In this document: positions 58,561-64,000 of the stretch, one piece after another
How the letters are laid out: each line of letters begins with the position of its first letter
Position numbering within the stretch: position 1 is the first letter of the stretch
NCBI GenBank assembly: GCA_032718475.1
Contig: JAUCBJ010001930.1
Coordinates: 62,001 to 126,000, forward strand
DNA: 64,000 nucleotides
Direction: 5' to 3'
Origin: Nemertoderma westbladi
Taxonomy: Eukaryota > Animalia > Xenacoelomorpha
The notes under the pieces: generated by a model
Databases searched by the model: none
The model's input: the letters and a program-made list of their open reading frames with translations, nothing else
Told to the model about the DNA's origin: nothing
Made by a program: the position numbers and the translations under genes

Positions 58561-60120
58561 GGTCGTTTGTGTTTATCGGAAGGGAATGGAGGACTCTCCG
58601 GAAACTGTGGAAGGCAAGATTCTCTTCCCACGACCACCTCCCTAATCCTTCAAACATCTAGGGACTCCATAACGTAACAACATATGGAGTGGGTGTGTGA
58701 CTCTATTATTTTATATTATTTTATTATTTTTATATTTATGTATGTATTACTATGTAATTTTATTATAATCGTTTTCTTTAATTTTATTCAGTAGAATGTT
58801 ATTTTAGCGATTATTTAGTAGATTAGTGCAATATATATTCGCGTTTATTACTTAATTACGTATATATTATATTTAGTGCGACGGCGAAGAAATAATTATT
58901 TTTTCTCTTTCCTTACTGTCCGTATTATATTATAAATACGCAACTACAGTAAGATGAAATGTCTGTACTTATTAAAGTACAATAAAGCCACTACTATATT
59001 TAAGTATTATTGGTAGGCAGAGTATTAGGAATGCAAAGTTCAGATCCTCGTGTCTCGGCTAAACCAAGCTCTGGGTAGACCTTGGAAACGACTTGCCTCT
59101 TCACACTGACATTGCTTCGTGCGATATTGCTCTCATACCGTATATTAAATAATACATATAGTAGCGTGATGTCCCTTTAACAGTAGCGTATAACGCAAAA
59201 TAAATCTGTTAAACCCTTTGACCATCTGTAATTCTAGTCGATTAAGATATCGCGGCACCCACCGATATACTTGAAAGACAAATTCTAGAATCAGTGGTTA
59301 ACGTCCCCAGACAAGTTCTGGAATAAATCGGTGCCCATCTCAAATATTAATTAATTAATATTTGCAAAATCTAATAAATCAAAATCTGTAAAATTCAGAT
59401 CCTTCAATAATTCTAGTCAATTAAGATATCGTAGTATTTACCGATATTCTTAAGAAGACAATTGTCATAGAATTAAGGATCTTGTGTCCCCAGACATGTT
59501 CTGGAATCCAAATATGTCCATTTAATTATCAAATAATAAAATTTCAGGGAATCAATTTAAATTCATGCCTTTTAATGAATTTAATAAATTGCCATTTTTA
59601 CGCAATTTATAAAGTTCCCAAAATCCCATTAATTAATAGATCAAGGGAGCGGAGATTTATCTTATCATGCGTATGAGTGTGTGAAAGTCTCCCAAACATA
59701 GTCAATAGCCGATAAAATTCATAAAGTCATGTATAAAACAGAACATTGACTAGTAAAGAATTACTATTAAATAACATCCCAGATCTGTATGCATTGGAAT
59801 CACCCTAATTCTACCGCTAGCTTTGCATAATGTCACCATAGCAACAACCACGCTAGAATTAGAATTGTGTTAAAAGAACAATAGAAAGCTTGTCCCATTG
59901 AATAGCATAGGGAATAAATAGCGCACTACTAGTATCCCATGATACATAATAATACAGTGACATTCTGGAAGGCATTGACTAACGGACAAATGGCCCGAAT
60001 GTGTGTAATTTGTGACAAGTTGTGTGTGGTATTTGTGAGTTTATAGGTGAATGTTACTGCTAAGGTGTGTTTACAGTAGCTAGTCGCAATCGTAAAAGTA
60101 ACCTAACTCTCCAAGGAAAA

Positions 60121-60642
60121 CCTGAAGTACATCTAAGCCTTTGGGACGGACAGTCGAGTGACTTGTGCCGGTTGTCGTTGTCGTTGTGCGGCTACGTCGT
60201 TGGCGAAAGTACAGCGGCAACGACACATCGGCGCTGAGGATCTCGTACTGTCCGGGGGTTAATTGGAGTAGGCAGAGACGCTCGCTAGCCTAAATATAAA
60301 CTCCTTATAATGTGGATAAACTCATATATAGCAGACATGACGGAGTTGATAGAAGATGGTCTTGGTATCGGGGAGCGATATACTCTACTTTTACAAGCGT
60401 TTGTTGATAGCTTAATACGCGGCGACGTTAGTCCAACTGCTGCAGAGGACGATGGTCGTTATATCGAACCGACAATGTCCCAAGTGCAGCTCTCGCGAGA
60501 GTTGGACTATAGAAAATTCGCTGCTCGATATACGCAGCGTAATGGTACGTATATGGGCTTCTTAACTACTGGTCATTCTATCAATTTACACAATACGGAC
60601 TATGTCGACTATATATCCTGCCCAGCGGAGTCGGAACCATAA
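60121..60642 (+). pseudogene. Decayed env-like frame in BEL 3' region
   Basis: In frame with ORF 60310: RTVR|GLIGVG (furin-like site plus hydrophobic peptide), later LIRGDVSP; internal stops. Confidence 0.4.
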
Positions 60643-61700
60643 ACGGAAATTCAAATGCGAAAATTCTATTCGAAATCGACTCGAAAGAAAAGACACTTAA
60701 GAAACAAATGGACGCGGTAACTCCAACGTATATTTGGAATTCTTGATAGAAGCATTGTAACAACAAATAAATATCACCCGCGTTTACCCTACCAGACGTG
60801 CGTCTTTGGTATTATTACGATAAATGCCCTAGACCCAACTAATAAACGGAAAGACATAAACATCCACGTAAACCGAAACTTGTTGACGTATCACCTATGC
60901 TCACTCGGCTCGAACGATCCTGGAGTAAACCTACGATCAGAGTCCCGGAATACTCGGTCAAACCTCCTCATTCCTTAGTTGGACCTCAGACCTGCGATCT
61001 TGGTGGTGTCGCGGATCCTCGCGGACGGTATTCACTGTTCAAAGATCTAGTGCTACCCTAACAATTAATCGGTAACACTCCGACAGTGATTTCTAGCTAG
61101 CCGCCCATCTTACCTAGCCGGATTGTGACGCGGACACCTAATATCACTATCCAACCGTATGGTCGTCCACGTTTAACGCGATACAACCCCTCATCAAGGG
61201 GAAGGAGAGCGTTGTACGAAACGAGTTAAACGCTATTTTATAAAGATCAAAAAGGAAACCTGCGTTTGTTCAGATAAACGTAAGTTATAACAGTGAGTCC
61301 AATCGATACACGAATTGGCCTTATCTCAATTCGATTGGGAAATCCAGAATCTCTAAGAAGTTATCGAACTTGGACGATCCTATTCTCTGCGAGAGTTTTT
61401 GGATGAACGTATCCAGCTACGAGCGGAGGAAAATCAGCTCGAGGAGAAGCATATCGAAACGGCAGATACCTAGACCACAATCCTACACCTTCTGATGCAA
61501 TCATATTGCACCCTTCACCCAGGAGTTATGGCCCTCCTAGTAAAGTGGCTCCCCCCAAAGAGAAAAAGACTCTTGCTAGCCTCAAAAAACTGCGTAAACG
61601 CCGTCTGCGTAAGAAAGACTAACTGTTTAGAGTATCTTTATGTTTTAGAAACTGTGATTTTTATATTTTATAGACTGAAAATCCCATTTTCTGGGAGCGG

Positions 61701-62938
61701 TGTAAAAGCTTTTACTGAATTGTCCGGTTATTTTTCCTTATTTTTCCCGTAAAGTACTCTGTAGTTGGTTTACCAGGCATAAAAAGGCCGTGTCCTTGCT
61801 GTACTGGTGTTTTAGCGGACATAAGAGCTATTTCTTCTGTATTTGTACTTTAGAGGACATAATCCGTAATTCCGTGACGTAAAAGCTCGATACTCTTGAA
61901 AACAGTGTCGCTACCATGACGACAGCTAGCAGCTGATATTGCCACGTCGACGTTTCTTTGTTTCTCTGTTCTCTCGTTGTTCAGGTTGACCAATCAGAGC
62001 GTTTGTTGTCTTTGTGTTGGAGGTATATACAGAAACTCAGTAGTTCAGTGTTATGTTTTTTGACCAGAGCCTAAGAACCGGCTTTGGCACCTCCGTGTTT
62101 TAGTTTTTAGTCTTACACTAGTAGGTTTAATTATAAAGGGCATATATCCTTTAACCTACCTGACTCATGGAATCACTGCTGACTGATGATCATACATGCT
62201 GACTGATGATTATACATGCTGACTGCTGAAACATTGCAAACTCATAACAATCAGTGTTTTCATTGTTGTTTTATACTGCTATTTACCGTCAGTTCTTCAT
62301 AATATGGTTGATGAATTATTATATTTGGAATAACGATAAACAACCCCGAAACCCAATGTTCTTGATATACCGAAGGTAAGAGAGAAGGGTTACAGATAAA
62401 CGATTGTGACTTATGTTAAAGTGGTTTGAAGTGAATCTAATGTTATTTGATAGACCCTACATGAGCCAGTCTGTGTTCCTTTTATATGTGACTAAAATCA
62501 GTGAAGATCGGCAGATTAGTGTGCAGTATTGTGCAGCATTGTGTATGAGTGAGTCTGTTAAAGAAGCATTCCTAAAGAATGCGCCATATATGTGAATTAT
62601 AATTAAGCCATATCGTTGTGAGTGGTTTAAGTCATAACTCTGTTTATATAGATAAAACGCCACGTCCTAAAGGAACTGTTAATATTCCCGAAGGTGAATA
62701 ATATTGTCAGAGATTATATAATACTGTCAGTCGAATAATACATTAGGCTTACATAGCAATAAAATTAAACCGTCGAACCCAATCTCCCGGGAATTTCCAG
62801 CGGGTGAATGGTCGCGCACGGATTGGTTTCGACTAGTGTAGTGAATCAAATACTTGTCATAGACTAAAAACTGATTTAATATCTAGAAGACATCTTAATT
62901 TGGTGGGTTAAACTGCCAAAGGTCTGAAAGCGCGAACA
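61701..62938 (+). repeat. BEL 3' LTR
   Basis: Matches 51029-52266; preceded by purine-rich GGGAGCGG. Confidence 0.96.
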
Positions 62939-62943
62939 GCATG

Positions 62944-63408
62944 GCAAAATTACCATGTTCTCAAACGAAGAATGACGGACTTAGTAGCGCTGAACTGGAT
63001 CGAAAGGAGATTCTCGTTAGTCTTACATAGGAATTTGACACTTACCCAACTTTGAAATCATTTGATCGAAGACGTCGTTTTTTCGAAATTAATTACATTA
63101 CTTACAACACTACTTTAAAGAGTGTAAGGAACACTGTAGTAATCCAAGAACTGGATGGACCAGGAAGGGATCTCGGGTATCGGGCCTTACATTTGAAATT
63201 ACGAACTTTCAATGGAATCAAGGTGCTACGGTCTCTTGTATACCAAATAATGGGGGACATTGCCCCAGACATTTTGGAGGCTAGAAGATTAGAGAATAGG
63301 AAAAAACCTCATTTGACCCCGTTTCAGTCCGATGGCCCGATGTGGTTGCTATCTTGTGACGGTCACGACAAATTGTGTGGTTTTCAAAACTCTTGCAGAA
63401 TGCTGTAA
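62944..63408 (+). pseudogene. IS3EU-like transposase N-terminal remnant (first codons at 51021-51028, split off by BEL)
   Basis: Rejoined: MAWQNYHVLKRRMTDLVALN/DRKEIL..*EFDTYPTLKSFDRRRRFF..ELDGPGRDLGYRALHLKLR..GPMWLLSCDGHDKLCGFQNS, then truncated. Confidence 0.78.
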
Positions 63409-63679
63409 TGTCACAATGCTGCATTGTTGCTGGTGTATGGGTGAGGCCTAGGCTGTGACTTCTCTCTGTCAGTCTGGCTCTCCTAGTCCCATCATAGGGA
63501 AATGACCGCCATGGGCCACCTGCAAAAATCAGTATTAAGTTTCTCTTCGAAAATCGATGGCTGTACTGGGCTGCCTTGCATGGCCCATTGGAGCCACAGC
63601 CTGCAATTGATTGTAAGGGTAAAAGGTGGCCGCTGTAGTCCTTGGCTAATAGGGTGACTGTAATGGGCCGTGTGCAAAA

Positions 63680-64000
63680 ATCGAAAATGAAATGAAAACG
63701 AAAGTTAAAGTTAAAGTAAAACTAAAATGAAATCGAAAGTGAATGTAAAACTAAAATTAAAACGAAAGATAAAGTAAAACTAAAATTAAAACGAAAGTTA
63801 AAGTAAAACTAAAAATAAAACGAAAGTGAAAGTAAAACTAAATTTAGAACGAAAGTGAAAGTAAAACTAAAATTAAAACGAAAGTGAAAGTAAAACTAAA
63901 ATTAAAACGAAAGTGAAAGTAAAACTAAAATTAAAACGAAAGTGAAAGTAAAACTAAATTTAGAACGAAAGTGAAAGTAAAACTAAAATTAAAACGAAAG
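63680..64000. repeat. 29-bp tandem array in right TIR
   Basis: Reverse complement of the 50240-50685 unit. Confidence 0.95.

Larger units (their letters stand above)
51029..62938 (+). mobile_element. BEL/Pao LTR retrotransposon, non-autonomous (pol deleted), very young
   Basis: 1238-bp LTRs with TG..CA ends and no differences seen; 5-bp TSD GCATG (51024-28, 62939-43); BEL-type gag-protease. Confidence 0.93.
50127..64000 (+). mobile_element. IS3EU-like DNA transposon, internally deleted, with long minisatellite-bearing TIRs; hosts the BEL insertion; right end beyond window
   Basis: 50240-50935 is the reverse complement of 63430-64000; probable terminus TATGGTGGCCC at 50127; transposase remnant with GP..LGYRA...GP.W..S.DGHDKL. 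Confidence 0.72.

Overview
AT-rich eukaryotic (probably invertebrate metazoan) genomic DNA, densely packed with nested transposons. There are four host-like genes whose coding regions have no introns: a 19-finger C2H2 zinc-finger gene, ALDH4A1/P5CDH, a BC-box/LRR-like gene and MCRS1. Mobile elements include a decayed GalEa-type Copia LTR retrotransposon (split by an unclassified 2.76-kb insertion), an apparently intact CR1/L2-group LINE, and a young pol-deleted BEL/Pao element with apparently identical 1238-bp LTRs. The BEL element sits in the start of an IS3EU-like transposase, which itself interrupts an older BEL-like LTR. Internally deleted Sola2-like and MULE-like transposons, several MITEs (piggyBac, Mutator, Tc1/mariner, hAT types) and many minisatellites are also present. 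The most interesting signals are a 414-bp terminally redundant unit joining a tRNA-derived Pol III head to a minimal hammerhead ribozyme (retrozyme/SM-alpha-like), a decayed env-like frame in the BEL element, a LINE poly(A) tail running directly into a host ATG, and pervasive short TA-flanked motifs that look like transposon excision footprints. All calls come from reading the sequence; no searches were run.
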